A stretch of 64,000 nucleotides of DNA from contig OZ234493.1 of the NCBI GenBank assembly GCA_965153455.1, positions 24,666,213-24,730,212 of the forward strand, written 5' to 3'. Numbering within the stretch: position 1 is the first letter of the stretch; each line of letters starts with the position of its first letter. This document shows, in pieces, positions 27,601-41,260 of the stretch. Under the pieces are notes generated by a model, which was not told the DNA's origin, did no database searches, and worked only from the letters and a program-made list of their open reading frames with translations. This DNA comes from Sphagnum compactum. Lineage: Eukaryota. The position numbers were made by a program, and so were the translations under genes.

Positions 27601-28789
27601 TATTGTACTTGTGACCAATGTGTGACATAATATGATTTGTAAAAGGTCAACCAAAAAAAGAGAAATCTGGAATTTTTATTAATACTTGTTGAAATTTTTG
27701 AGAATCAAACTCCCAACCAAGTTGTCTTATGTCCCAACCGTGGTGATATTAACATTATAGTGGCCTAGTGGGTTTGGCACTTTGATGTTGAATGTTAATA
27801 TATTTTTTCCTAAAATTCCAACATGACCATTAAGAAAGTACTAAGGTGTACTGTTCACTGGTTAAGTACACCTTAATAATTTCTCAAAAATCTCAAAAAC
27901 ATTCTCTCATAATTATTTGATGCAGAACCTACAACAGTATTACAAATACAAAACATAAGGTGCAATTTGTGTACTTATTCTCTGATATCTATTGAAATTC
28001 TGAAATATCAAATTTTAAGACTAGACTGAACCTCTTTCTCTTGAATAAATAATTATTTTGACAAAGAATTGTCAAATGAACTAGTTGTAAGTATGGTATA
28101 ATATTTTGCTTAAAGTATGATATTCATATGCCAGTTTGGGATCTACTCTTGTTATCAAAGAGATCTACTCTTAGAACAACCCCCCACAAAGTCATTTTAA
28201 CTAGTTTAAAATCTAGAGAGTAATAATCCAATGTTTGTAAAAAAAATAAAAATTACTCTTAATCACATGGATTATAATGATTGGTTCAGGTTATTGAATT
28301 TAATATAGTCTCTCACCTTAAATATATTTTTGGCTAGGTCTCAATATACAACCTAGAGGGGGAAAATATACTGTAACATAATAAAATGATGACTAGAAAA
28401 TTACAGAAGTTAAACCATTTTTTGGTCATTTTGATAAAAAAAATTTAAAAAATAAATCTTCAAATGACAGAAATTGGCCAATAAAAAACTATTGCAGACA
28501 CTATCTCAGTTTTTCAGGTTTATGGGTGAGGATTGCAAACAATTGTACTCCATGAACTGGATGTGAGAAATCTTACTCCTACAACAACATGTATGCCCAA
28601 ATATGGGTTTTGGGTGACCTACTCTAATAAGCTTCCCGCAGCTATCCAATTAGGCCAGCAGGATAGAAAGTGGGTCAGAAAGCCCAGAGTTTCATGGAAG
28701 AATGTTGAGAGCTTGAAAACAGAAGCAAGCAAGCAAGCAAGCTGCAACAACAGTTCTAAGGACATTTGCATGTACTTATAGCTAGCTAC

Positions 28790-30418
28790 TCAGGGGATAG
28801 CAGTGAAGTTGAGCTCCATGGGATAAGCATTGTGCAAGTAAGCATGAGGAAAGAAGTGCTCCTTGTACGTCAAGCGGAGATCTAGTAGAGGTTTGCTCTC
28901 CCAACAATTTCTCTGCACGTCGTAGCTGATGAGCTGTTTCGCAGTCGCCATCCAGATCTTGTCGTCTTTGGCAGTGCAGCTGAACCGCAGTTGTGAAGGT
29001 GAAGTCCTTTGGCCAGGCAGCGGTCCTGTAGGCAAATCCATATGCGCGGGCATCTCTGCATAGAAGTCTCGCTGATTGAACTCCGCAGCAGTACACATAC
29101 TCTCATGAGATTCCGGAGTTTCCGGTACTCCCAGTAGATTGAAGATCCTAAACCTGAGACCTTCCCTGTACATATTCTCTTGCTCTAACATGATCTCTTG
29201 CCAGGTGCGAGGAATGTAATCGCTTGGTGTAAATGGGTTGTTCAGGCAATCTGAGCGATATGGGTTAAGCTCCAAAACTGGTAGTACTGCAAACAGAGTA
29301 CCTGCGCACACCACCAGTTGTGGATTCAACAAAGAGTTTGGCTGCAGCGGCCTAGTAGCAGGTCGCTCTCCTACATCGGGGTTGGGAATATTTTTAATCG
29401 GAGCAGTAGTTCCTAGGTGGCGCGACCAGACGAGATCGTCTAGCCACGTGAGTGTTTGGAGATCGAGTTGGTGGATTGCGTGGAGTTGGAGCCCCGGTCC
29501 GTTTGTTGTAGACCTAGTACTTAGGCAGTAAAGTCTTCCTTTGAAGATGGCACTTCCACCAGAGCCATTCATGAACTCTCCATGACCTGCAGCTGTTGTA
29601 GTAGTTGCAGTAGGCTGCGACTGGCTAGAATTCCATGCCGAATGACGATGATCGCAGCTTTCCCATGTGTGTTGCGATGATGAATACTTCCATGAGAAAT
29701 CCCGACCAAGCAAAAGGAAATCGTATTCCTGGGAATAGTTTTTTGGGTCCGCCACCAGCAACTTCAGCAGCGAAAGATTAGCTGCAATGGGTGTTATGGA
29801 CGGAAGCCTCCGCCACTTCTTGGTCAGAGGATTGCAGATGATGAAATCGTAAGTTCGGTACGGCTTGGGCGGCTGAACACTAGCTCCGTGTGAGGAGACA
29901 TAAGCTGCTGGATCGAAGATTGAGCCAGGAGGTAGCTTTTGGAAGCACACAAGTCCTCCCGATGCAGCCACCATAACCATGGGTTCGAGACTGAATGGAA
30001 GAAAGGTGAACGGCGGCAGGCTGAACACACCACTCGATGGCTGATGCAACCCCATCCATGCTCCCATCTCTAGGCCGCTGGTAACAGATTTCGGTCCTCC
30101 AACGCTGGAGGTCGGGAAGTACCAGTCCGTCACTTCCGTCACTCCCGCCTCCAGTTGCCTTCGCCTGAAGTACTTGGAGTCAAGCTGCAAGCTGCACGCT
30201 CTCAAATACTTGCACACACTTCTGGTCCTCACAAGATCTCGCACAGGAAGTCTAGCCATTATGAGATCACCAAGTTCCTCACAAACCACGTTGAAAGCTG
30301 GTGCAGCACGCTGCTGCACGTGCCGATAATCACTCTCGACACTTTCATGATCAGTCCCCTCGACCTCCATCAACTGCACCGTGGCACTAATACAGAGCTT
30401 GGACATACGTCTAGACAT
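28790..30418 (-). CDS. F-box protein with a beta-propeller (kelch/FBA-like) C-terminal region, 542 aa, single coding exon
   Basis: Open ORF with its first ATG at 30418. It has an F-box motif (ELGDLIMARLPVRDLVRTRSVCKYLR) and the plant F-box-associated motifs VAASGGLVCF and FIICNPLTKKWRRLP. A probable 5' UTR intron spans 30573-30437 (GTAGGT...GAAG). Confidence 0.9.
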   Translation of the reverse strand: MSRRMSKLCISATVQLMEVEGTDHESVESDYRHVQQRAAPAFNVVCEELGDLIMARLPVRDLVRTRSVCKYLRACSLQLDSKYFRRRQLEAGVTEVTDWYFPTSSVGGPKSVTSGLEMGAWMGLHQPSSGVFSLPPFTFLPFSLEPMVMVAASGGLVCFQKLPPGSIFDPAAYVSSHGASVQPPKPYRTYDFIICNPLTKKWRRLPSITPIAANLSLLKLLVADPKNYSQEYDFLLLGRDFSWKYSSSQHTWESCDHRHSAWNSSQSQPTATTTTAAGHGEFMNGSGGSAIFKGRLYCLSTRSTTNGPGLQLHAIHQLDLQTLTWLDDLVWSRHLGTTAPIKNIPNPDVGERPATRPLQPNSLLNPQLVVCAGTLFAVLPVLELNPYRSDCLNNPFTPSDYIPRTWQEIMLEQENMYREGLRFRIFNLLGVPETPESHESMCTAAEFNQRDFYAEMPAHMDLPTGPLPGQRTSPSQLRFSCTAKDDKIWMATAKQLISYDVQRNCWESKPLLDLRLTYKEHFFPHAYLHNAYPMELNFTAIP

Positions 30419-30847
30419 GCTGTTCTCTGGCAATTCCTTCAATAAATAAACTTGTTGCCACTAATCGAATGAAGCTAGAAATAATTTCCTGGCACTAAAG
30501 ACCAAACTATAGAACAGCGAACAGTAGCGACTAACAGAGCAATGAAATCCCAATCCCAAGCAACAACACCTACGTCCAGCAAGCAAACAAGCAAGGAGCA
30601 CGAAGAGCAATATGGAAGCAGCAGCTTGCAGGAGGAGGAGGAGGAGGAGGAGGAGGAGCTCCTGGATGTCTATATGTAGGACTCCTTGCACGACTCCACC
30701 GGACTTCCGCCCCGTCTTGAGAGCTAGTCTCGTAGGAGAGGAAGACGGGAGCTTGGAGCAAGCGGCTGCGGGACCTGCGGAGCTTAGCGAGTGAGTCTCG
30801 GGGGACAGGAAACGAATTGTTCCCCCCGAGAACCATGACCGTCGTCC

Positions 30848-30928
30848 GGACCATTGCCCGGTACAGCGCGGGTGGGACCATTGCCAGCGACCGCGCGGGT
30901 GGGACCATCGCCGGCGACGGCGCGGGTG
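30848..30928. repeat. GC-rich 27-bp minisatellite x3 upstream of the F-box gene
   Basis: Units 30848-30874, 30875-30901 and 30902-30928, consensus GGACCATYGCCRGCGACNGCGCGGGTG. Confidence 0.85.
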
Positions 30929-31189
30929 GGTGGGTTGTTCACAACAAAGCTTCAAATACCTTTTTTCAAATACCTTATATATATATATATAGCCAGAATG
31001 CGAAATTGAAAAATAAAAAGTGCTAAGAACAAGTTTTTTTTTGAGATTTTCAATAGCCACAATTCGACCAAATTTTAAGAAAATTCGCCAGGGTTGTATA
31101 CACGGGTTCAAGTAGGTAGCCAAAAATATAGAAGTATGGTTTTCAAAAATTTACTTTTATTGATGCAAAAGTTGTGTCATGTGTGTTGG

Positions 31190-34100
31190 AGTGGTGGAGT
31201 GGTGGACCAATGAAACAAGGGTTAGTCCAAATAGGGCTAACATAATGAAAAAGTGCATTGCACCTAAGGTCTATGAAGAACATGCAACACATTTGTTGCT
31301 TAAAACCCAGGTACAACATGATTGTCACCTTTATTTTTTGTTTCATTTTTTTCAAATTGTTGTAGTACGTTCTGATCATTTGAACAACCTACATACATAT
31401 TCTTAAATATGTATACAAATTACAAGTTTTTGCAAATTTTGATCCCCATTTTCCTTTGTTTGTTGGTTGTTCATTTTTGTAAAACATGTTTCATACAATT
31501 GTTGTAAAATTTTAGGTTGTTATTTTGTTGAACATCTTATTAACTGCTATAGAATGTTGTACATCCCAAGTTAAAAACTTTGATATTACAAATTGTTTTT
31601 CTATTTACTTGTGATAGATCTTTGAGAATGTCATGATCCTAATTTTGCTCATGAAAATGAAGTTGTACTCCTGTTTTTTCTCACAATTTTTATCATGGGT
31701 TTCTTGTAATCTCTAAGTTATTTTTTTTGTTGTTTTTGTTGGATACTTGTCAGTAAAATGTGTATTATGTGTATTTGTTAGGACTTATGTTCATATTTGA
31801 ATGATCTTAATGTACATTTTGTAATCTGCTAAGAATATTGTGTAATTGTTTTTGCATACTTAAAAATATAATGTGCACTTTGGATACAACATTGTACATT
31901 TTGTGTAGAACTATTATGACTTTAAGGTTTTATACGTAATACCAATATACAAAATATATATTATTTTCATGGAAAGTTGACAATGTTATGTGTATTCTTT
32001 GCATGTTATGTACATTTTGAATATCGTTCCTACCCAATATAATGCATAAATACATGCACATTGCATATTGCATATACATAGTGCATACTTTGTAGCTATA
32101 TTGTGTATTTTCGTAAACATGATTGTGCCTCATTTTTATTTGTATAGCTAGTAACATTACTAATGTATATTAATTATATTGTGCATTGGATTGTGTAGAC
32201 TACTTTTTTTTTAAGATTTCAAGCAACCCGTCTAGAATGCACCATCAAGCAACATGCATCCCAAAAGTTGATGTCATATTATGTCAAACCTTTAAAAGAT
32301 AAAAACATTTGTTGTTGTAAATATCATGTGGAGTTGGACTTGTTAAAACTTAGTTTATATTTTTTGAAGGATCCAAAGAAAGGGGTATGGCAAGATGGGG
32401 TGTCATTGTGATTGCTCTATTTGATCTTCTATTCCAATGAGTCAAAGGATGTCATGTGTTTAGCTCCAAGTAGGGTTTACAAAGGCATCATTGCCTTGTG
32501 GCAAGATTGTGTGTGTGCAAAACCTAAATTAGAAGAATGGCACAAGCGGGAATGCCTCCTAGGTGAGTGTCAGAATCTTGGGTTGGAGAAACTACATTTA
32601 TGTCCATATGAACCAGTAGGTAGTCCTAATTATAAAATGTCTTGGAGACACTTTGAAACAAGAGTCATTGGACAAATTGAAGATGGGTAGCCAAGGAAAA
32701 GGATTAGGGAGGTTTTTAAAAAGACCTCCATAATAGAATTTTTGACATACTTGAAATCCAACTTGTAGAAATTTGTTAAACACAATTTGTTGATCGTTGG
32801 CAGGACACACAATGTAAACTAACCATGTTAAACTTATCAAAGGATGTCATTTTGTCTCACATTGACTTTGCAAAAAATTATACCTTTCAAATTAACAATG
32901 AAATCCAATCTATACACAAGCATTTTTTCCAAGTAATGATCTTGGTCCATATTACATATAGGCTTAACCAATCTTATAATGAGAATAATGGTCAGATTAG
33001 AATGATCAAAGAATCACATTTCTATGTGAGTGATGATAAATAACATGACACATTGTTTATTGCTTTATTGGCGATGGCTTGTTGGCCAAGGTGTGAGGCC
33101 TCGTGAACACTAGGTGTTCTTGGATGGGTGTATTAGCCGGTTCAAAGGTGCCATGTGCATGTTCTTTGTTGCTAGATACCATGGGCTTATGGATGGGTGC
33201 AATATGCAATGGCAATTTTTTGGCACTGGCCATGGAAAAGGTAAATGCAGGTTTAAACATTGTTCACAATTTATTTGGTGTATATGTATATAAATTAAGT
33301 ATTATAATTGATTAATTTCTACCATAACTAATTATGTGGAGAATTTCAATATTGGATCTATATGTTATCTCATTGTTATAATTGTAATAATTAGAGTCAG
33401 ATTGTTAAATGGTTTGGCATAAGCACCATATCATAATTAAAACCCAATTTCTATATCAACCTAACAAATGATTCAATATTGGAAATGTTTCAAGAAAGTG
33501 GGATGGGGCAAGTGCAATCTTGAAAAGAAGACTACGACGGGAACAATTACAAAATCTTCAAAAATGGTTACAATGTGTTGAGGAAGTGGTTTCTTTCCTT
33601 GAAGAATGTTTGTCTACACAAGTTCCTACAACTACTCCCAAAATATCTAGACCAAAAATTCTCTGAAAGTTTTGGAACATTGCCATTAATGATGTTGATA
33701 GGTCCAACCCACATGGCTATGACAATATCCAAGGCTCCATTCTATTTATTCAATTTCTATTCTTGATCCTACAAAATTGATGGTGCAAGATCTTGCATGT
33801 TTCTATCCACCATGTGTGATGGAGCAATGGGAAGAATGTCACAATAAATCTCATGTTCTCCCATGGCAATTGATCAAGCTCAAACCTAACAACAATAGAC
33901 TAGTGAGAAAGCAAATGGATGAGTTTGAATAGCATGAGGAATGCAAATTTGGAGGAGATGGTGATGAGCTTTGATGTTCACATTGGTGACAACTGTGCAG
34001 TTCGAGCTATTTAAGGGAATGTTGAAGGAGTTGATCATGTCCTACAATGTCAACGACCTAAATTCATGGTTTGTGAACCTTTTGCATGTGTTTGGGGTTG

Positions 34101-34230
34101 TGAATTTGAAATGGACAATTATGTTGTGGCTAGGACCAATTACCAAAAGTGGGGGAAGGGCAGTCAATCCTATGTGTATTAAACAACTCCAACATAGCTT
34201 ATTATGGTATTGTTGAGTCTTCAAGCTAGA
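31190..34230 (+). mobile_element. Decayed, intron-containing DNA transposase, Sola2-like DDD type
   Basis: Reconstructed motifs: EWWTNETRVSPN..HATHLLLKTQ | YVKPLKDKNICCCKYHVE, CLLGECQNLG, HIDFAKNYTFQINNEIQS, FYVSDDK*HDT, VFLDGC..RFK, WQFFGTGHGK|GKWDG. These match the DF(S/A)ENY / SDG / HGKGxxDG pattern recalled for Sola2. Many stops and frameshifts are present. Confidence 0.7.
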
Positions 34231-37024
34231 ATTCAAAGACATTCATGCTGCCATAATACTTAAAGGGATTCAACATGTTAATGCCAAATTTTATTTTAAT
34301 TTTATACAATGAATTTCGGCAAATCATAATTTATTTTTCAATATTTTCAACATGCATTATAATATTATTTATTTATTGGCACAAATGAATGCACATGAAC
34401 ATTTTTTCATCCATTTTTACCCAATTAATTGTTATGTTCCTCGGTTATGTTTGCATATTTTAATTTATTAATTATTATTTTTTATTATTTTTTGTTATCC
34501 TAACCATTCCAACAAATTTCAAAGGCATTGGAAGTTGTCCAATTCAACACACACATAACATTGATGTAAATAAAAACATTGCCTCCCAAAACACCTACCA
34601 TGATATGAACAATATAACAAAGTGATGATAATATTTTTTAAATGTAATGGTGATAAACTATGATGTTATTTGTTTTCAATAAGAAATGATAACTACCTTT
34701 GCAGAACTGTTTGATCAAGGTTTGAAGGCAATGAAGATTTGGAGCTTGACAATTTTTAAGGCGTTTAGATGGGATTCTCTCTTTTTGCACACTCCCATTT
34801 TTGCTTGCTAATGCATTTGCATCTTTGGTCTATACCAAAAGAGGTTTTTTAAATAGTTCGAAAATGGTTGTCGACAATCCCCATCCATTTGCCCAATCTT
34901 GGCCACACAAAATCAAACAATTTTTTAATTAAAAGTGTTTGAAGTTGTACTACCATTTAAGTTGTCAAAAATTGGCACAAGAAACTTCATATCAGTGAAG
35001 AGTTTCATCACAAGTTGGAGGCATTAGTGAATCACACAAATCTAAATTATATGACTATTAAGGCCACTTAGTGCACTATCGGGTTTTGAAAGGATAAAAT
35101 AAGGGAGTAAAAGATAAAATCTTATTATTCTCCTTAGGTAAGTAAAAAACTTCAACACAAAAAGGATTGTCAAATTTCACTAGGACAACCTCATAAACTT
35201 TCTACAGAAACAAACTTGAAACAAACATGTAAGGAAGAATACTCACATACAAAGGATAAAAACTACACATAGAACTTTATGTACAAAAGTATGGCAAGAT
35301 AAAAGTAATTGTATTCCAAAAAAATCCTCTTGTATAGTCCACAAAGGGACAAAATTTTAAGTACCTTCAAAAAAGAAATTAGAAACGATGGACCAGGCAG
35401 TTAGCCTAATCCCAAAAAGATCAATCTTAAATATAAACAGTGTAAACTGATAGTAAAAATCGGTTTTGGTAGAGGAAATTCAATAGGAAAATTTCGGTAG
35501 GGAAAATTTTGGTTTCCGTAAAATTTTGGTAAAATTCTGATTTTGGTAAAATCTACCTTCAACAATGACATGATGACCCACACCTTTAGCATTCAAAAGA
35601 ACATTAGCAGAAAATAAATGTTTTGAGCAACAAGAAATTTCTAATGTTGGGTCTTTGATATCCATAAACTCAAAACGATCCCAAGTTGTTAAAATGTGAT
35701 CAAACAAAACACAAATATGTGAATGTTCTTGATTAACATCAACACTTTTCATAGAGTCATCAAGTCAAATCACATCATCAACGATGTAATCACAAACAAC
35801 AATTGAAATCACACAACTTTTTTCAAGTTCCTAATACTATTTGACAATGTAGAATTGTCCTTAAAGGACTTTCCATCAACTCTAATGCTAGCATAACTTT
35901 AGACCCATAAATGTTGTCTTTCACATTCTACAAGACACATATATATAATGAAATGGCAACCATTGCAATTCACAAACAATGGGTCTCCAATTATGTTGTT
36001 CAAATCCATGTTCAACATGCAAAAAATGAAAGAGATCATATACAAAGAATGTGAATTCCTATTGAAAACAATTTGCATTCTAATGACAAGGACAATAGTT
36101 GTTGTTCAACAAAGTTCGAGGACAACCAAATGTCCTTCTAGATAGTATAGTTTGGCAGATAACTATTCAATTATTCGTTGTAGCATCAATGCCAACTAAT
36201 TATATTGTTGATCTTTTTTATGTTGAAGCAATTCCTATGAATCTTTTCCACATGCTAAATTTGACAAACATGTTGATGCAACATATTAAACCAACAAATG
36301 ATCCATAGTAACTACCAATTAGGAACTTACCTTGAGATCATGGATGACCAAACCTTGAAATCATCTGCAAATTGTCAATTGTCATGTTACACTACAACAC
36401 CAAGAGTTTATATATAACATTTTCCATTTCCATTGTCTTCGAGTTCTTAATCTACATAACAATGATATAAGCATGCATGTGCACACACACAACTAATCAA
36501 CTTATGAAAAATAACGAAGATAATTTTTTTGACTTGGGAAGTTTCCTTGAGATATCAAATGACCAAACCTCAAGATCACCAACTACTAATATTCTATTGT
36601 TGCAGTTTTAGAAATGGAATAAGGGATGGTACCAAAGAAATTACTCCCACCCAATTCTAATTTTTGTAACTTTCTATTAAAGTCCATGTATCACTTCACA
36701 ATGTTACCCATTCATGAGTTCCATCCCACAATAGTTCATGAGCTACACGTTAGCAACTTCACAAAAATGCATGTTATCAACAAAATTCCACATGTGAACC
36801 AACCTAGAACTCACAAAAACAACAACACATTTTTTTTTAAAAACTTTCAACTAAGCTCATAAATTAATTTTATGCACATAATCACATGTTGAAAAAGGTC
36901 AGCAGTGATCCTATAATTAGGTTTAAGTTTCTCAAAGTTTCAATAATAGACACTTATAATTTCTCAATTTTTGACATTTGGGGCAAGTAATATTTTAATT
37001 AATTTAAATTTCTAGTTAATTTGA

Positions 37025-37445
37025 TTAACATTGGCAAAATTAAAACTTGGCTAAGCCATGGCTAAACATTGGTGAAATTAAAATTTGGTTAAGTCATGGC
37101 TAAACAAAAACTTAGTTAAACCACACCTAAACATTGACTAATTTAAAACTTGACCAAATGTTGGTTAAAACTTAGTTGAATTAAAACTTGGCTAAACTAT
37201 GACTAAAAATTAATTAATATAAACCTTGGCTAAAACTTGATAAAATTGAAACTTGGCTAAACCTTGACCAAAACTTAGCAAAATTAAAACTTGGTTCAAC
37301 CATGATTAAACCTTGATTAAATTATAACTTAAACAAACTTCGGTTAAACTTTGGTGAAATTGAAAACTTGATTAAATGTTGACTAAACCTAAGTTTATTT
37401 AGGTTAATCTTTAACTAAACCAAAGTAATGTTCAAACCTAAGCCA
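37025..37445. repeat. Degenerate AT-rich minisatellite (about 37-40-bp units built from AAACTTGGCTAA-like subunits)
   Basis: Recurrent AAATTAAAACTTGG(C/T)TAA..CCATGGCTAAAC motifs over about 420 bp. Confidence 0.7.
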
Positions 37446-39108
37446 TATGGCACCTATGCTAGGAATAGACCTAAACCACATCACATGGCATCTAGGTTTG
37501 ACAAATAAATAACTTTAATATACACAAACTATACAAATATATTTTTAATTATGCATAATACACTTAATATGCCCTAAAATACAAGCTAAATATAATCTAC
37601 ATATTATCTTAATACACCTATAAGTGTATTTTCATATTATATCCGTAATACACTATAATATACACTTGAGGTTAAGGTCGTCCCACAATGGTTTGATTAA
37701 TTTTGATCACTATTATAAATAATGGGACACTTCTTTTTTTTTCTTGAATGAAAACTATATTAAAAATTATTCACATGAAAGAATGAAAAATAATAATTGC
37801 AATCTAATTGCAACATAGTTGCAAGAATGATCAAATTTACCAAATAATTGCAAAAATGACCAAAAATAGTTACAAATGATTAATCATTACATATAGTTAC
37901 AAATAGAATGATAGCATATGATTTCTTCCAGTATCCATGACAAGCTTTCAATTATTAATTAAAATTGTCAAATAAATTGATGACATTAGATGACATGCTA
38001 CCTAAATAAACTATTCATGGCAATTATACATCCCACAGCTAACAAGTCAAAACTATGAAATGACATGAGTTAAATTTTTGAATATGCAAATCAACATGCC
38101 AAAATGAGCTACCCATTGTGAGTTGAATTTTCCAAGCACCCAAGTAGGAGCTTTGCACCCATGCCACATGTTGCACTCGAACTTTGTGCCCAAAATAGTC
38201 ACCTTAATGTAAAATCTAAGAAAATAAGTTATGTGTCCACCCCAATAGGGTATAGAGTTCATTAGAAATAGGGTATTATGCCCACCCAATATGCCACTTT
38301 CCCAATCAATGTACAATGGGTCATGTGTTATTCATGTGACTATCACCACATCACTACCACATTAGTGGCAATTAACAGTGAAGACCATGCCATTGCCTCC
38401 ATTGTTATGTGTAACTAACTAAATTGCCTTAGTTACGGCAACATATGTTAAATAACCATCTTTCAAATAAGTATTTTATGAAAATTTCAACATTTCTACA
38501 AATAATATAATTAGTGTCGAAGCTGCCAAGTTACTAGGTTTGAAGACTAGATTTCTAGTACAGTGTTAGTTGAGGTGACCAGCTTGTTTTTTACTCTCAA
38601 TGTTTCACCTAAAAGTGAAATTACAAATTTCAAAGGTGCAAATGAAGTGATTTTTTGGGGCTTTCCATAACCAGAATTTGAAAAAATCAAATAAAAATCT
38701 CCACATTCTTATATTTGGCTCCAGCAGGTAGCCAGAAATATAGAAGGATGCCTTTTTTTTCAAAACTTTCAGATCTTGTAAATATAGCCAAAATTGGCTA
38801 AATCTCCAGGCTATGGATGATTGCCACTTTGGCTACATCATAAAATTGACCAGAAACTGGTATGCAACAATCCTGAACTCCATGCACTTACCCCATATCT
38901 CTGCAATTGCCAAGTTCTTACATTGGGATTTGCAAGCAAAGTTGCATCAATGCTAAATGTGTTGAATGGATACATTTGCCTCTCACTTGTGTACAGGTTA
39001 TCACGCCTTGTGTGTGTACAGGTTATGCATGGACTGTAGATGTGACCTGCAGAGTTTTGAATACAAGAAGTGTTTTGTTTAGCAAGAAGTGTTTTTTGAA
39101 CAAGGTGG

Positions 39109-41260
39109 ATGGCATAAGATCAAGGCATAGATGCATTTGGGCAGGAGCCACAACAAAGGTCTGGCATATACACTTTATGAAGCTCCATGGCTCATCTATG
39201 GCACGAATTGGAGTGTCCACAAAGACAAAAAATATGCGCCTTGTGATTGTTCCTTCATTGAAGATTTATTGTTTGGAAGCGGAAGTTGTGCAACTTGACA
39301 ACAATGAAACTTGTGAATTTAAAAACAGATCTCCCAAGCTTTCCTCTGAGCATCCATACCCCACCACATTATGTTCATACCTGACAAAGAGTGCTAGCCA
39401 ACATTCCTTTGAAATGTCTTGAAAAAAAGTTGCTGGCAACAACTGGTGTTTTTTGGCACATATGGCAGGCTAAGCTCCAGCCTTGCCATGAAAATTGTTT
39501 GCCTCACCTCCACTAAGATAAACACAGCATGCTCTCTGATCTTCTTGGAGTGTCTAGCTTCAGCATTTGCTGTACTTAGTTCTTCGAAATCTTTGTCTTG
39601 TACTCACCTGCATAGTTATCAAGTACTTATAGGCCAATATCACCTGATGTAAGGATTGTTGCTTTGCATGGTATGAGGGATAGTGTAAGATTAAGCGCAG
39701 GCTAGTTTACTGAAAATTTTTGTACTGTCTGATGAATGTGTTATGAAGGCAAGAGACTCCAAATTGATTCTATTTTGGTCAAGATTCATTGAGTATGCTC
39801 AGTAATCAATGAGGATTGCAAAAACATTAAAGGTGTTCTGAAATTTAGTTTCAGAGAGCCTCTCTGAAACAATCTCAAACATGGCCCCTAAGTTCTTAAA
39901 GTTCCGCAATATGGGTTATGGGCAAGTGCACGATGACCAGGTGAAAATCAAAAGCCAAATCGACAACGAAAAGCACAGTAATTTTTGTGCACCAATGACT
40001 TGATTTGATCGGAATGAAATTGAGCCAAGTGGCTTGGACCATCCAAAATTGACATAACATGCACTATTTGGGACATTTGGAAGGAAATATTAGACACCCA
40101 ACTCATTGCTCATGACAAAGAAGTTTATGCAATTGCATGGGGGGCAGGATGGGGTTTTATTTCTGTTTCAGCTGATGGTTCTGTCCAACTGCTTGAATTG
40201 AGGGATAAAGAACCCTTGACAATTGTTTGTGAGAGGACAAAACCAGACATATCTTTCTTGTGATTGGGTTGGAATAAGCAAGTCCCCTGCTACATGGCCA
40301 CAATTTTGATGGACAGTTCCAAAGTGGTGGTTTTGGATATTTGAGTTCCAACAGTTCCAGTTGCAGAACTTCAGCAGCACCAAGCTTGAGTGAATTCTGT
40401 TGCTTGGGCCCCTCAGAGCCTTTGCCCATATTTGGATGATTGGTGATGACTCCCGGGTACATTGTCTTGTTCACTTGCATTGAAATAACCGTCTGATGCA
40501 CCTATAAAAAACAATATGGATGAGGGTTCTAGTGAATTGTGGCTTATTATGATCATCATGCTAACATTCAAGGCCTTATTTTTGGTTTGAGGGAGATTGA
40601 AACCACAGAACCCAATCAATACCTATATGTAGGCCTTTCTGCAGGTGCAGTGCAAAGCTTAAATGAAATGAAGCTTACTCTCACAAGCATCTTGCAGCTT
40701 AATGAAAATACTATTGACTTTATTTTTAAGCTACATCTCCTGAGTGCTATCCAACATCATTATGGAATATTCCCCTTGCTGCCGGGAATGTGACAGAAAC
40801 CCAGGGCAAAGATTTTGCATAAGTGTTTTGCCCAAAATGTTGGGCAGATTGTTTACATACTTATTTACACCCACCATTGGGAGCCCATGAAGTCTGTGGG
40901 TAGTTACTGCAGCTAGTCACTGTTGTTTTATGGTGAAGGTGATGGTGCGATACTTTGTGAGTGACTTTCAAGGTTATGACTGCACTCATTCTTGTTGTTT
41001 GCTTTTGGTTTTGCCGGAATTGAAACATTGGTTACTCTCAAATGTGTTCTCATGGATTTTTTTCTGCAATATCAGTGTCTAAAATGCAGGCTTTAATCTG
41101 GGACTTCCATAAAAAAAGGCAGCTTATGGAAGTGAATCTAGAAGCAAGTCTTCTGGCTTATACTCCAGGTCCAGAAATCAACCGGCTTCAACGGTCTTCA
41201 ACCTCAGCCTGACAGGGTTATCACTGCATTCTCAAGCAAGCTCCAAATTTTATGTGCTAG
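39109..41260 (+). pseudogene. Unprocessed pseudogene of AN11/LWD/TTG1 (DCAF7-family) WD40 protein
   Basis: Exon relics 39109-39468 (RSGIYT/YEAPWLIYGTNWSV.KDKK..EHPYPTT..LLATTG..IWQ), 39926-40456 ([73 protein letters not shown]) and 41090-41260 (ALIWD..LAYT.G.EI..AFSSKLQIL). It has a stop at codon 3, further stops and frameshifts, and decayed intron 1 splice sites. Confidence 0.92.
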
